A stretch of 64,000 bases of DNA, from IMG/VR virus record IMGVR_UViG_3300031548_000001, positions 1-64,000 of that record; one strand, given 5' to 3'. Below the pieces are notes generated by a model. It was not told the origin of the DNA. It did not search any database and saw nothing but the letters and a program-made list of their open reading frames with translations. The stretch is from a virus. Made by a program: the position numbers and the translations under genes. This document shows, in pieces, positions 28,067-38,947 of this stretch (within the stretch, counting starts at the first letter, position 1; each line of letters opens with the position of its first letter).

Positions 28067-29026
28067 TTAGGAAATGAGGCCCAATGCGCGGCGGCGGGCC
28101 CTGATGACGTCAGCCGTGCCATCGTGGTCGGTCACCCAGCCAGAGAGCGTCTTGTTGATGGCGAGTCCCATGCGTTTCACAGCTTCAATGGCCTTCTCCG
28201 GCGTGTCTGCGTTTCGCACGATCTCGGCGATCTCGGCGGTAGGATTCTTGAATAGATCACGCACCTCCTCAACACCGCCAATGACGTCGTCCGCAGCTTT
28301 AAGCAGGCGATCTTTTTCGGCCTGCTTTTTCCGCTGGGCCATGTGGCTGATGGTGAATCCGCCGGCGACAATGATCACGCTCACCCCGATTATCCACGGG
28401 AAGATCCAGTGGCCGATGATACGCGCAGCACCGAAACCGCAGAGTGAGCCAAGTAAGCACCAGCCCACATATTGGAGGTTCTTCGTGAGGACTCCCAAAC
28501 CTACCGCCACGAGCAGAAGAAGGGCACCAAGGCCATTTGCGGTATAGACGGCAACCTTGCGACCGAAGTCATCGAGCCTCGCCTGAAGCTCGCCGTTTTT
28601 CTTCACGAGGTCGGCGTTTTCAGTCGTGATCCGAGTGTTTTCCGATCCGAGCCGCTTAATCTCGGCAGCTTGGGCCGATACTGTGATGCCGAAGTCGTCC
28701 GCCAGCTTTGCGACCTGATCAGCCGAGGCATTGACGTTCGCCTGACGGATCACGTTGGTCTGCTCTTTCACCGGCTCCTCTGCCGGCGTGCCCTTCACAG
28801 TGTTGTCGATCTTATCCGTTGCGACACCTTGCACCTGCTCACGATTCTTGTGGTCTCCGATGACGCCTGACGGATTTGGCGCGGCCGGGATCACGACAGG
28901 AGGTTTTGCCGTCACGCTCTTGGTGATGCAGCCAGGCAAATTGACAATACACACGGCGATGATCGCGCCGAGGATCGAGCATAGGACGAGTTTTTTCGGC
29001 GACGATGAAGCTCCGGCGTTTGTCAT
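28067..29026 (-). CDS. Putative lipoprotein with coiled coil and TM helices (possibly spanin-like)
   Basis: Hydrophobic signal ending in LPGC; coiled coil; about 3 hydrophobic helices. Confidence 0.55.
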   Translation of the reverse strand: MTNAGASSSPKKLVLCSILGAIIAVCIVNLPGCITKSVTAKPPVVIPAAPNPSGVIGDHKNREQVQGVATDKIDNTVKGTPAEEPVKEQTNVIRQANVNASADQVAKLADDFGITVSAQAAEIKRLGSENTRITTENADLVKKNGELQARLDDFGRKVAVYTANGLGALLLLVAVGLGVLTKNLQYVGWCLLGSLCGFGAARIIGHWIFPWIIGVSVIIVAGGFTISHMAQRKKQAEKDRLLKAADDVIGGVEEVRDLFKNPTAEIAEIVRNADTPEKAIEAVKRMGLAINKTLSGWVTDHDGTADVIRARRRALGLIS

Positions 29027-29080
29027 GCCGCAAAGGCACAAACAGACTTTTGCAGACGTCAAAAAATACGAAGAAAAAAC

Positions 29081-29257
29081 TTAACCGAGAGGAACGAGAA
29101 CACCCTCGACGACATGATGCGTGACGTCAGTGACACCGTCAGGGGCAGGCACCAATGCTTCGCCAGACGACAACTGGCCGAGCGCTTGATCACCGTAGCA
29201 GGTTACGATTCGCAGGATGTCCCCAGTGCTGATGGAATAGATAGCGTAACGGTTCAT
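29081..29257 (-). CDS. 58-aa tail-associated protein (not in the ORF track)
   Basis: MNRYAIYSISTGDILRIVTC...; ATGA overlap with the tail-tip gene. Confidence 0.65.
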   Translation of the reverse strand: MNRYAIYSISTGDILRIVTCYGDQALGQLSSGEALVPAPDGVTDVTHHVVEGVLVPLG

Positions 29258-32200
29258 TTCTTGGTCTCCAGAAGGAGCAGTGAGCGATTGGCTGCGTTTC
29301 GGCTACCTGCCGTCACGCGGGCTTGAACGGTGTATGTAACCGACCCAGCGCCTGGGGTGTCTTGGACCTGAAACGACATCATGGCCGCGAAATCATAATC
29401 CATCGTCGTCGCTTCATAGATGGTCGTTCCGCCACGCTGAAGGCGGAAGTCCATCGTTGCAGCACCGGTCCCCATTTTCATCGTTGCCGAGGCACTGATG
29501 TGGATTGGGGCGCCGGTGGAGGTGATCGAGGCGGTCTGGATCGTAGTGTAGGTCGAAGTGGCTATAGAAACGTTGCCGGCAGTATATGAACTCACCGGAA
29601 TAGTCACCGCTTGGTTGGCGATCTTCACGGTGTCGACGGCGAGATTGGCGATCTTCGCGTTCGTGATGTTCGCGTCCTCAATCTTGGCTGTGGTTATATT
29701 CGCATCAGCTATCTTCGCAGTGGTGATGTTGGCATCAGCAATTTTTGCGGTCGTGATATTGGCATCGGCAATCTTAGCCGTGGTGATGTTCGCATCTGCG
29801 ATTTTTACAGTCGTTATGTTGGCGTCTGCGATCTTCGCCGTGGTGACCGCGAGGTTTTGGATGTTTCCAGTCCCAATGGTAGCGTTTGCGATTTTCGCAC
29901 CAGTAATAACTGCATCACCTATGTTGGCTGCGCTGGTGATGATCTCGTTCGCCCCGACCTTGTCCGCAGTGATGGCGCCGGCTGCGATGGCGCCGGCAAT
30001 GATGGATCCAGCGACCACGTCAGCACCGTCCACAGCTTTGGACCAATACAGAGTGCCAGTGCCAATGACATCGTTGGTCCAACGATAGACCTTGGTGTCC
30101 GTCGTAAGCACCACCAGACGGCCCAAAAAGTTTCCAGTCGAAGGCAAGGCATCCACTATCTCAACCGGGCGCAGGCCCGGTGCGAAGTCGGCGACGTTCA
30201 CACCGGTAATCGTCACGCTGTATGGACCAGCGATGGAGCTCACCCGGCCGCTTTCACTCTGGACCTGCAACCAGTAATAACGCGTGGCCGGGGCGACGAT
30301 TCCCGTGAACCACTGGATGGCAGTCGGAGCCGCCACAGAAAGTGTCGGAGATCCAGGCATCACTGCCGTCGATGCCTCGTAGATCAGCGTCCTCGCAACG
30401 ATCACGTTCGTCGGCAACTGCCATGATACCAGCGCGGCATTGAACCCAGGCTCAACCTCAACCCCTGTTACTCCGTCAGGCTCCACGTAGTCGTCTTGTG
30501 AAACCGTGGTGCGATCAACAGGCGCGAACGTGAAGGAAATGTCCGGGCAGACATCCGTATCGGAAATATCGGCCTCGGCGTATGTGGTGAAGCTCTGCAG
30601 ACGGAATGTCGCGGTGACCGAGGAGTCCGCAAAGCTCGGGAAGCTCGCGTGCGCGAACTCGGTCAGCTTCGTCCGGTGCATAATCCAGCAGGCGTCGCCG
30701 CTCACAAAGGACCGTGCAGTCGTGCCGTATTGCCCGCGGCGCACCTTCAAGAGGTAATTGCCGGAGCTGAGTCGGCCAGCCCTGACCGTGAGGATTTCAA
30801 AGTTCGCAGGGTTAGCCGCCGAGAAAATGAAGGCGAGGAGGTTGCCGTCCTCGATCATGTCTTCCGACTGGGTTTCACCAATGATATCGAAGTCGATCGC
30901 GAGAGTGGTCGCGTCGAGCGTCAGCGAAAGCGTTTCGCTGTTGTCGTCGGGGAGTCCGAGGCTGGAGCTATACGAGGCATTGAGCAGGCCGCGCACACAA
31001 AATCCGGTCTGCGTGTCGATGCGCTGGAAAATGGATGAATCAGCCCGCTTCAGATGCAGGTTCATCCCAACCGTAAGGGGATTGGTGCGCGTGGACAGAA
31101 CGCAGAGCCGCGGTATCGATTCATCGAAGAGTGCGCGTGGTGGCTGGAAAAACTGGTAAACGCCCAAGGACTCCGGAGCAGCGAGGTCCGTGGAAGGTTC
31201 AGTCGCGGCGCCAGGCACGGTCGAGACAACTGCCAGGGCTTTGTCGGCCTCGAACTCTATTGTCACGCGCTCGGAAGGCGGAGCATCCGTTGACCGTCCA
31301 ATTACACGGGCGATGATGTTTATCCCGAGTAGGTCATGGACGAATTTGAACACGGTCCCAACCGGGAGGCCCTCGGCGCGTGTTCCGCGCAACACAAGCT
31401 TTCCGGATAAATTTGGCTCTCCGACTACGCGCAACAACTCCGCGGCAAGGCGCGTTGCCTGATCGATGCGCGTGACGTGCAGACGATTCATCGTCACTTG
31501 CCGTGGCTCGCCGACGACGTTTCGGTTGTATGGGCTCTTTACGGTTACGCCTGAGTCCTTATATTGGTTGGCTGCGTCCTGAAACTTAACCGCCACCTCG
31601 TTGTAGGTTTCAGCCCATCCCTTTGAATCGAGCGAAGGCTCCTCGATGAGGTCGTCAGCCGTGATGGTATTTGTGCTGTCGAACTCGGGTGGTGATTCAC
31701 CACGCAGGAACCTTCCGGCCGCGATCTTACCTGGGTTGGTCCAGCGAAACCACCCGTCGTAGTATTCACGCAATTCGTCGATCAGAGAACGGGCCGATTG
31801 CGGACGCTCAATGGCAGGCGAGATGTATGTCTCTGCCCGGCGGATGTAGAGCTCATCTGCGCAGGCCTGCCACGTAGCCGAATCCAATCGACTGGTGTCC
31901 ATGCCGAGACCGAAGACTGGGTCTGTCAGTGCTTCGGCGAGCAGGGCCAACGGGTTTGCATGGCCATCTTCATCGAGGTTGGCGGCAGATCCCGTGATAA
32001 TACTCTGCACCGGCTTGCGGCCTAAGATCACCTCGATGCTCGGCGCTGACACCTTTTCTCGACCAAACAGGAACCCCTTCAGGACCAAAACCGCTTGCCG
32101 GCGATAAGGCGGGTGCCCCTGTGGACCAAGAACGTCCTCCACGCCGCTCGAACCGCCGACAAGCGGTGTTCCTGCGACATCCGTGGCGAGTGTTTGATTG

Positions 32201-32421
32201 CTTGTCCCCCAATAGAAGAATGCAACCCCGTATCCTTCCACCGTGATGGCTACAGGGTTTGGCTGGCCGGCACGAGTCAGTGGACCGGTCCAGGCAGTCT
32301 TACCATCAATGACGATCGCGTGGATGACATCCACAGGACCGTTGCAAACCACTCCGGCGATGTCTCCGTAGTAGTCGTTCGTCTTGCTCCCACCGCCGCC
32401 GCCTTTTGCTGATCCGCCCAT
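29254..32421 (-). CDS. Tail tip / central fibre (J-like, GTA-type) protein
   Basis: NPLALLAEALTDPVFGLG, RRGQYGT, FN3-like segment and ITTAKIADAN repeats; follows NlpC. Confidence 0.85.
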   Translation of the reverse strand: MGGSAKGGGGGSKTNDYYGDIAGVVCNGPVDVIHAIVIDGKTAWTGPLTRAGQPNPVAITVEGYGVAFFYWGTSNQTLATDVAGTPLVGGSSGVEDVLGPQGHPPYRRQAVLVLKGFLFGREKVSAPSIEVILGRKPVQSIITGSAANLDEDGHANPLALLAEALTDPVFGLGMDTSRLDSATWQACADELYIRRAETYISPAIERPQSARSLIDELREYYDGWFRWTNPGKIAAGRFLRGESPPEFDSTNTITADDLIEEPSLDSKGWAETYNEVAVKFQDAANQYKDSGVTVKSPYNRNVVGEPRQVTMNRLHVTRIDQATRLAAELLRVVGEPNLSGKLVLRGTRAEGLPVGTVFKFVHDLLGINIIARVIGRSTDAPPSERVTIEFEADKALAVVSTVPGAATEPSTDLAAPESLGVYQFFQPPRALFDESIPRLCVLSTRTNPLTVGMNLHLKRADSSIFQRIDTQTGFCVRGLLNASYSSSLGLPDDNSETLSLTLDATTLAIDFDIIGETQSEDMIEDGNLLAFIFSAANPANFEILTVRAGRLSSGNYLLKVRRGQYGTTARSFVSGDACWIMHRTKLTEFAHASFPSFADSSVTATFRLQSFTTYAEADISDTDVCPDISFTFAPVDRTTVSQDDYVEPDGVTGVEVEPGFNAALVSWQLPTNVIVARTLIYEASTAVMPGSPTLSVAAPTAIQWFTGIVAPATRYYWLQVQSESGRVSSIAGPYSVTITGVNVADFAPGLRPVEIVDALPSTGNFLGRLVVLTTDTKVYRWTNDVIGTGTLYWSKAVDGADVVAGSIIAGAIAAGAITADKVGANEIITSAANIGDAVITGAKIANATIGTGNIQNLAVTTAKIADANITTVKIADANITTAKIADANITTAKIADANITTAKIADANITTAKIEDANITNAKIANLAVDTVKIANQAVTIPVSSYTAGNVSIATSTYTTIQTASITSTGAPIHISASATMKMGTGAATMDFRLQRGGTTIYEATTMDYDFAAMMSFQVQDTPGAGSVTYTVQARVTAGSRNAANRSLLLLETKK
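29630..29930 (-). repeat. Degenerate 30-bp (10-aa ITTAKIADAN) tandem repeats
   Basis: About 10 units in the translation; boundaries approximate. Confidence 0.85.
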
Positions 32422-32423
32422 GG

Positions 32424-32612
32424 TTACTTTTTACCCGGGCGAGATACCGGAGCCGGGCGCGTGAATTGGTTAATCGCTGGCATGATCCACCGCAGCGCCA
32501 CCTTGTTCGTTCCGGCAAGATACGGGATCACGGTAGCCTGCTGATTGGTAGCAAGCTCATCAGCTCCGATGTTCGCGGTTACCGGAGCAGGTGATATGGT
32601 GTTTTTTGCCAT
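32424..32612 (-). CDS. Small tail assembly protein
   Basis: VIPYLAGT motif; lies between NlpC and the tail tip. Confidence 0.65.
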   Translation of the reverse strand: MAKNTISPAPVTANIGADELATNQQATVIPYLAGTNKVALRWIMPAINQFTRPAPVSRPGKK

Positions 32613-32615
32613 GGG

Positions 32616-33062
32616 TTATTTTTGGAGTGGCCGCCAGGTGGCGACGTGGCGCTTTTTCCAAGTTGGATCTTCGTAGGGGTTGATCATCACACCTACACCA
32701 GAGACGGCGTGGACGATCTGGAAATTGGGAAGGAGTATCGCGAGGTGATGGATTATCTTACCGATTCTGAAACCGAGGAGGTTGCCAACTTTCGGTGGCG
32801 CCGTCATGCGAGCGAAATTCGCGTTCGCGTCCAGTAATGGCTCAATAATTGATTGAGAGCTGAAGCGAGCGTGGCCGGGTGCACCGAACGGCACGTCAGG
32901 GATGACGAAGCCACATTCCTTGTAGATCTCGGTCACGAGGAAGTGGCAGGACACACCACCGCGAGGGCCGCGCTCATTGCTGTTCGCATGGAATGGCGTG
33001 CCCACCCACGATTTTGCCACGCGCACAAGTTCCACCTCATTGAACTGGAAATCAGTGCTCAC
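32616..33062 (-). CDS. NlpC/P60 tail-associated peptidase
   Basis: SWVGTPF, GVSC, HLAI, IVHA. Confidence 0.88.
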   Translation of the reverse strand: MSTDFQFNEVELVRVAKSWVGTPFHANSNERGPRGGVSCHFLVTEIYKECGFVIPDVPFGAPGHARFSSQSIIEPLLDANANFARMTAPPKVGNLLGFRIGKIIHHLAILLPNFQIVHAVSGVGVMINPYEDPTWKKRHVATWRPLQK

Positions 33063-34147
33063 TTCTTACCTCCTCCAGCGTCGTTGCTGAGCTTAATGAG
33101 CGAGGGGTTTCCGGTCGGCACGAACGGATGCGCTCCGAAGTTCAGATAGTTATTAAAGCGCTCGATACAGGTGGCCCGCTTGCCGTCACAACCCGGGTAG
33201 ATTCTGACCGTGACACCCTCTGTGAACAATGGAGACGGATCTCGGCTCAACGTGACTTGAAGACTCGAAAGACTCACCGCCGTTGAGGCCAGAATCGCTA
33301 TACGCTGAAGGCTCGAACCAGTTCCTGACTCGAGCCAGCCTCCCGCAAATGCATCCGCCGCGGTCAAGACGTCGCCGCCAGCCCGGGCCAATGTGTTCAG
33401 CGAATAGATGAAGGGCCAGCCAGCAGGTCCCACATCGACGAGAGTTGCCGTATGCACCCATGCCGCCGGGTCCAGGCCGCAACCCACGGTGAAGATGGAG
33501 TGATTGCAGCCAGGTTGGAGATAGAACCGGGGAAACTTACGGTCGAACGCCGTGCCGGCCGAGATCGCACGCGCCGTGATGCGCTTACCCGGAACCTTGG
33601 CGGATCCCACTTCGCCCGACCACGCGACTACGGCAAAACCCGCCTCGCTCGTTCCGATCACTTCCGCCCGGCGCACAGTAACAAAGAGCGGAACCTCAAG
33701 ACGCAGTAATGCTGAATCGAGCAGTGCGATCACGTCGAGGCCATCGGCATCAATGGTGATTTCATCACGCTCCATCGCGACTCCCTGACGAATTTCACCG
33801 TGCGTGATGCGTTTCGCCGAGTATGTGTTTCCACCGTAGGTCAGGTCTCGCTCGTAGGACGTGTATCGCTCGACGACCGTGACCGAAGGATAGACCCGTG
33901 AAAACTCATAGAGCCATGCTCGATCAGCCAGCTTTCCGATTGTGGTGCCGACTGTCTCACCCTCAGGAACCTCCAATTCCGGCGGAAGCTCGCGGGCCTT
34001 GAAGCTTGCCGCGGCCAAGCCCGGACTGGTCCAAGAGATCTCGATCTCCGGTGTGTCGAATCGAGCGAGAAGGAGGGGGGCCAGCACGACTCTGCCGGCT
34101 GGCACGTCAGACGTCGGCGAAAAAGGAAGATAGGCCGGTGAAGACAT
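33059..34147 (-). CDS. Baseplate hub (DUF2163/BR0599-like)
   Basis: CNHSIF...CGL and PGCDG...TCIERFNNYLNFGAHPFVP. Confidence 0.88.
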   Translation of the reverse strand: MSSPAYLPFSPTSDVPAGRVVLAPLLLARFDTPEIEISWTSPGLAAASFKARELPPELEVPEGETVGTTIGKLADRAWLYEFSRVYPSVTVVERYTSYERDLTYGGNTYSAKRITHGEIRQGVAMERDEITIDADGLDVIALLDSALLRLEVPLFVTVRRAEVIGTSEAGFAVVAWSGEVGSAKVPGKRITARAISAGTAFDRKFPRFYLQPGCNHSIFTVGCGLDPAAWVHTATLVDVGPAGWPFIYSLNTLARAGGDVLTAADAFAGGWLESGTGSSLQRIAILASTAVSLSSLQVTLSRDPSPLFTEGVTVRIYPGCDGKRATCIERFNNYLNFGAHPFVPTGNPSLIKLSNDAGGGKK

Positions 34148-34150
34148 GGT

Positions 34151-35206
34151 TTAGTCTGGGGAAGTGATGGAGACGCTTTCGTAGGGTGAACCGCCTTCAA
34201 CCACCGTGACGTTGTCACCGAGTGTGAGGGTCGCCGACGTGCTGGTTTGACTCACAAGCTCGGCAATATTGACGAAGCCGGATACGAGCCTGCTGCCATT
34301 GAGAATGGCGAGGAATTCGCCGACGGTGAGCACCTCAGAGCCAGCCAAGGCCACTGCCATCTGATCCCCCGTTATATCGGACGGCAGCGTTACCATCTTC
34401 TCATTGCCAGCCACCCAGAACGAAGCCCCGCCGCCATGCTCTTTGAAAAACGCCATCAGCTTTGATGCGCTCCAGCCCTCGGCAGTCTCTGCCCAAACGG
34501 TTTGGTTGATGGTGCGTGCAACCTCGTTTTCGCGATCGATGACCGAGGCCTCACGACCAAAGCCAATCTCTTCGCGAGCCACGCGGACGGTCAGGCTCGT
34601 GCGCGGAGCATCCCAATCCGTGGGGAAGGGGAAGATCTTCGGCGCAGTTTCGTATCCAGATGGGGTAGGGCCATCGGGTGCGGTGTAGTCCGCCGGCGTG
34701 ATAGCCCAGTCGGCTTTCGAGTTCTCAATCAGAAGAAAGTCGAAGTTCACCAGATCCGCGGTCACGTGCTGGGCCTCACGGTTTTCCAAGTAGCCCACAA
34801 CGAGAGGAACGGTGATTGCATCCGCTGCCGGCCACTCCGGCTCTATATCCTCAAAGATCTCGGATTCGGAACCGTCGGCCGCATAGACGTAATTGAGCCC
34901 GCCGGTGAACTCAGCGGACGCACGCTCTGACCACGCCTTTGCTGCTGGCCAGAATGGGACAGCCACGGGTTCATTCTTATGAGAGCGAAGCGCAGAAAGA
35001 AGCTGCCTGGCGTCCGCGCCTTGTGCCTGCACGCGCCCACTGATGCGCAGGCGAAGCGTGGAACCAAACTGTCGGCGTGCCTCACGGTCCGTGAGACCGC
35101 TCTCGACGTTGCCGATGAGTCGGGCACGAGCCCTGAACGGCACGGACCAGTCAATGGTGTCATCCAGCAAGTAGTATGGCAGTGAGTCGTATGTTATCGA
35201 ACGCAT
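34151..35206 (-). CDS. Distal tail protein (Dit-like)
   Basis: Directly after the tape measure gene; E.RR, VPFW and GGGASFW motifs. Confidence 0.65.
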   Translation of the reverse strand: MRSITYDSLPYYLLDDTIDWSVPFRARARLIGNVESGLTDREARRQFGSTLRLRISGRVQAQGADARQLLSALRSHKNEPVAVPFWPAAKAWSERASAEFTGGLNYVYAADGSESEIFEDIEPEWPAADAITVPLVVGYLENREAQHVTADLVNFDFLLIENSKADWAITPADYTAPDGPTPSGYETAPKIFPFPTDWDAPRTSLTVRVAREEIGFGREASVIDRENEVARTINQTVWAETAEGWSASKLMAFFKEHGGGASFWVAGNEKMVTLPSDITGDQMAVALAGSEVLTVGEFLAILNGSRLVSGFVNIAELVSQTSTSATLTLGDNVTVVEGGSPYESVSITSPD

Positions 35207-35213
35207 GGTGCTA

Positions 35214-38200
35214 TCAGCCCAGACCGGTGATTTTGTGGATATTACGCTGCATCATGTTCACCAAATGGGTTTCGCCTTCTTGGCTATTTGCCCATTGCTG
35301 CGGGGTCATACCGGACGGAATCATCCCGATAGTAATCTTGGCGCCGTCCACATGCACCGGGGACGCAGATGCTGCCGAAGTAACCGGCGACATGGACGCC
35401 GCGTTTTTCATCACCGGGAACCCGCCGTTGCCAACTCGTAGGTTTTCGACGGCTTGCACGCCGCCCAAACGCCGCACATCGGCCTGAGAGAAAACCACCT
35501 CACCACGGTGAACCACGCCGGCGGGTTCATTCACGCCACCGGCCCCCGTGTAGCCGCCTTCGCTGAAACCACCTGAGAGTGATGCAATCAAAGCGAGGGC
35601 TGCGATACCGCCCGCGAGGGCAAGGCCCCACGAGCTGATGCCACTGGCCACAGCACCTGCAGTTTTAACAGGCAGTGCAGAAGCCTCGTTGGCGATGACA
35701 TTGGCCGTCTCTTCTTTGTGCCAAGCAATACTTGCGAGGCCCATGGCAGCACGCTTCACGATCCACGTGGCGAACATGTCGGAGATGGCTCCTATGACGC
35801 TGTTGAGGATCGTGCTCCCGATGTTTTGCAGCGCATCGCCCCATGTCATCGTCCCGTTGATCAGACCTTGGATGCTGGAGCTGAGTCCTTGGAACACTCC
35901 CTGAAATGAGGTTTCAACGCCGCGTGCGACGATGTCGGCCTCGGTGCCGAACCGATCAATGGTGTTGATTACGCCTGCCTGGACACCGTCACCAGCACCC
36001 AACGGCGTCGACTTTGTGATTGTTAGGCTATTGGCGCTTCGTTCTGCGCGAAGGCGGTCGATATTGGCCTGACGTGCCGGATCTGGGCTTAGTTTTTCCG
36101 CCTCTTCCAGCAGTCGGATTCGTTTTGAGATCTCCTCATTTTGAGCCTTGAGAAGGGCAACGAGCAGACGGTTCTTCTCCTCACTCGTGAGAAGCCGGTC
36201 AGCGTTCACGAGAGCGATCTGCTCTTGGCTGGCAGCTATTTTCCGTGAAAGCGCCTGCTCTTCTTCGGCGGCAGCATTCTTTTTCCGCGTGTTGATCAGT
36301 TCAACCTCGTCCTGAATCTGACGCTCGATGGCGGCCTCGTTTTCCTTATTCGCAGCCAGCTCTGCCTTTTTGATGTCAGCAATCTGGTTCTCCAACTCCA
36401 TCTTCTGAATCGTGAGCTCGCGCTCGCGTTGAGAAAAAGCGATGAAGGCATCACGGATCTCTTGGGGCGTGGAAGCGCCCGCGGTATTAAACGGCTGGGC
36501 GATTTGGGAGTTAACACCATTCAGCTTCCCCTGCAGGTAATCTAATTTGGCCTTAGAAGTAGGCAGGTTCTCTACGTAGAGTTTCTGGAACTTATTTTCG
36601 TTCGCCGACGTCGCTGCTTCCTTCGTTGCGAGTGCGACACGGCGAGCGATCTCAGACTTTTGCTTTTCGAGTTCCGCAGTCTGCTTCTTGAGCGTATCGA
36701 GGCGATCATCCTCGAGGAGGTTGTTCGCGACAATGGCAGCGCCACGGTCATCGATCAGCTTGATGATGGAGTTGAGCCGGTCGATCTGCTGCTTGGCGAT
36801 ACGTCCCTCTTCGGTGTCCGTCGTCGGGTTTCCACGGCGGTCACGATTCTTCGGGATTGCCGCATAGGCCTTCTCGGCCGCAGCAAGCTGAACCAGCGCC
36901 GCGCTACGGGCACGGGCAGCCTCCTCAGAGCTCCTCATTTCACCGGCCTGTTTAATCAAGCTCGCGTTGATCCGGCCGTTCGTGCCTTCCAACTCGAGCT
37001 GAGCATCACGCATCTCGCCGTAGGCTTCGATCGCTCCGGTGATACGCTGTCCGATGATAACCGTCGCCGCTGCCATGGCGCCCACCGTGGCTGTGAAGGC
37101 CGATGCCGCCACCACTGCCGCCGGCACAGTCGCCGCGAAGACTGCCAGGCCAGCAACAGAACCAGCGAGACCGGCGATGAACACGCCAAACGCCACGGCC
37201 TCGAGTGCCTTGCCCATGTCGCGAACGGCCTGCGGATTGTCGCGGGCGAAATCCGACATGTCTCGGATCAGTTCGGTGAGGCCCTTGATCGTGTCGGAGA
37301 ACTCGTCCGCAAAACCCGCATCGTTAATCGTGTTCTTCAGGTCGAACAGCGATTTATCGAGACGGTTCAATTCTGCCTGAAGCGTCTGTGCGGCTTGTGG
37401 AACAAGACCACCAAACTGCTTTTGCAGTTCGGCGCCCAGCTTAGGCAGCAGGTCACGAGAGAGGACTTGACCCTGCTCAAGCATCTTGCCGAGTTGCTGG
37501 GTGCTGACACCCATAGCCCTTGCCGAGAGCTCAAACGCACCGGGAAGACGCTCACCCAACTGACCGCGCAACTCTTCGGCCGCTACCGTGCCCTTCGATA
37601 GCATCTGGGAAAGTGCGCGAAACACACCTTCCATTTCGTCCGCCTTGAGACTCATCACCGCTCCGGCCTCGCTGAACTGGGTGAAGATCTCGCGAGTTTG
37701 ATCAGCCGCCAAGCCAGACACGCTCGCAGCGATCGAGAAAGAGGTGAAAGGCTTGAGAACGCCGTTCATGCTCAAGCCGAGGCGATCCGCCTCACCAGCC
37801 ACGTAGCCGTAGGAATCGCCGGCAGCCTGGGCGGAACCCTGTGACGCAAGCAGGCCCATCTTTACGCGCTGCATCTCCAGTTCGGCATCAACCAGCGCTT
37901 GCCCCATGCGCACGGCGGCGAGCGTAACCGCCGATGACATGACTGCCTGCAGTCCAGTGAAGGCCAGTGCAGCCGAGTTGGCTGAAGACGCCTGATCCTT
38001 CTGGGCGTTCGTGTTCGTCTTGGCCGTGGTCGCCGCCTGTTGCTGAGCATCGGACAACTTAACGAGGCCAGTCGTCGCCGATGCCAGGTGTCCACGGAGT
38101 CGCTCCACCTCTGCCGACAGTCGCCGCTGTTCCGCCTGCAATCCGGCAATAGAGTTCTTCGATCCCTCGAACTGAAGCGCCATCTTGGCGTTTTCAGCAG

Positions 38201-38489
38201 CGAGCTTTGCCTGAGTTTGCGTCAGCGTCGCATTCTCCGCAGAAAGCTTCGTGACCGCAGCGGAGGCCGCAGTGGTCATCGTGCGTAGCTTGCTCAACTC
38301 CGCATTGAGCAACTGGAGGTCCTTCGAGTGCCCCTCCGTAGCCGCACGCAACGCAGCACCAAGTGCATCAGCCTCATTGGCTGACTTCTTCGCCGATTCT
38401 CCCATCAGCTTGAACTGAGAGAGGACGTTTTTCAGGACCTCGAGGTCGGCCTGAATACTCAGCAGCAGTTGAATCTTCTCTTGGTCCAC
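35214..38489 (-). CDS. Tape measure protein
   Basis: ALSQMLSKGTVAAEELRGQLGERLPGA and FSEGGYTG...PAGVVHRGEVV; start GTG 38489 inferred from the promoter (ATG 38501 is the alternative). Confidence 0.93.
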   Translation of the reverse strand: MDQEKIQLLLSIQADLEVLKNVLSQFKLMGESAKKSANEADALGAALRAATEGHSKDLQLLNAELSKLRTMTTAASAAVTKLSAENATLTQTQAKLAAENAKMALQFEGSKNSIAGLQAEQRRLSAEVERLRGHLASATTGLVKLSDAQQQAATTAKTNTNAQKDQASSANSAALAFTGLQAVMSSAVTLAAVRMGQALVDAELEMQRVKMGLLASQGSAQAAGDSYGYVAGEADRLGLSMNGVLKPFTSFSIAASVSGLAADQTREIFTQFSEAGAVMSLKADEMEGVFRALSQMLSKGTVAAEELRGQLGERLPGAFELSARAMGVSTQQLGKMLEQGQVLSRDLLPKLGAELQKQFGGLVPQAAQTLQAELNRLDKSLFDLKNTINDAGFADEFSDTIKGLTELIRDMSDFARDNPQAVRDMGKALEAVAFGVFIAGLAGSVAGLAVFAATVPAAVVAASAFTATVGAMAAATVIIGQRITGAIEAYGEMRDAQLELEGTNGRINASLIKQAGEMRSSEEAARARSAALVQLAAAEKAYAAIPKNRDRRGNPTTDTEEGRIAKQQIDRLNSIIKLIDDRGAAIVANNLLEDDRLDTLKKQTAELEKQKSEIARRVALATKEAATSANENKFQKLYVENLPTSKAKLDYLQGKLNGVNSQIAQPFNTAGASTPQEIRDAFIAFSQRERELTIQKMELENQIADIKKAELAANKENEAAIERQIQDEVELINTRKKNAAAEEEQALSRKIAASQEQIALVNADRLLTSEEKNRLLVALLKAQNEEISKRIRLLEEAEKLSPDPARQANIDRLRAERSANSLTITKSTPLGAGDGVQAGVINTIDRFGTEADIVARGVETSFQGVFQGLSSSIQGLINGTMTWGDALQNIGSTILNSVIGAISDMFATWIVKRAAMGLASIAWHKEETANVIANEASALPVKTAGAVASGISSWGLALAGGIAALALIASLSGGFSEGGYTGAGGVNEPAGVVHRGEVVFSQADVRRLGGVQAVENLRVGNGGFPVMKNAASMSPVTSAASASPVHVDGAKITIGMIPSGMTPQQWANSQEGETHLVNMMQRNIHKITGLG

Positions 38490-38539
38490 GGTGACATGCA
38501 TGGCCCCTTGCGGGGCCGGTCAAATTTTAGGCCGAAAAA

Positions 38540-38947
38540 TCAACCCGTCTTTGCGGGTCCCTTCTTGAATCGAGATTTTATCTCTCGGCTCTTTGGCTGC
38601 TTTTTCATCAGGCCACTGATCGCGCTGAGCGCCTTGCTCGGTGATACGATCAGCGATAGCGCACGGAAGCAGCGGTTGTATGCGTCCTGGCCTTCCTTGC
38701 CGACCATGAGAGGAGCAACAGCGGAGTGCGTGCAATCGAGGTTCTGCAGCGCGAGAGCAGCATCCCGCCGGTTGCACGCATTGATGCCCAGCTGAATGAC
38801 CGGAAGTGGCAACTCCACCACCTCCAGCCAAGTGCCGAGGCCGCGGGCTACTGCGTCTGCGACGAGATCGCTGAAGCGATAGCTTTGCGAACGTTCGTCG
38901 TGATCTCCGCCACTCGGTTGAGCAGTTCCCGCTGACGTGCCAAAAAA
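38540..38947 (-). CDS. Tail assembly chaperone, -1 frameshift extension (GT-like)
   Basis: The -1 frame is open from the slippery site T-TTT-TTG (38947-38941) to the stop at 38540. Confidence 0.7.
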   Translation of the reverse strand, partial: FFGTSAGTAQPSGGDHDERSQSYRFSDLVADAVARGLGTWLEVVELPLPVIQLGINACNRRDAALALQNLDCTHSAVAPLMVGKEGQDAYNRCFRALSLIVSPSKALSAISGLMKKQPKSREIKSRFKKGPAKTG

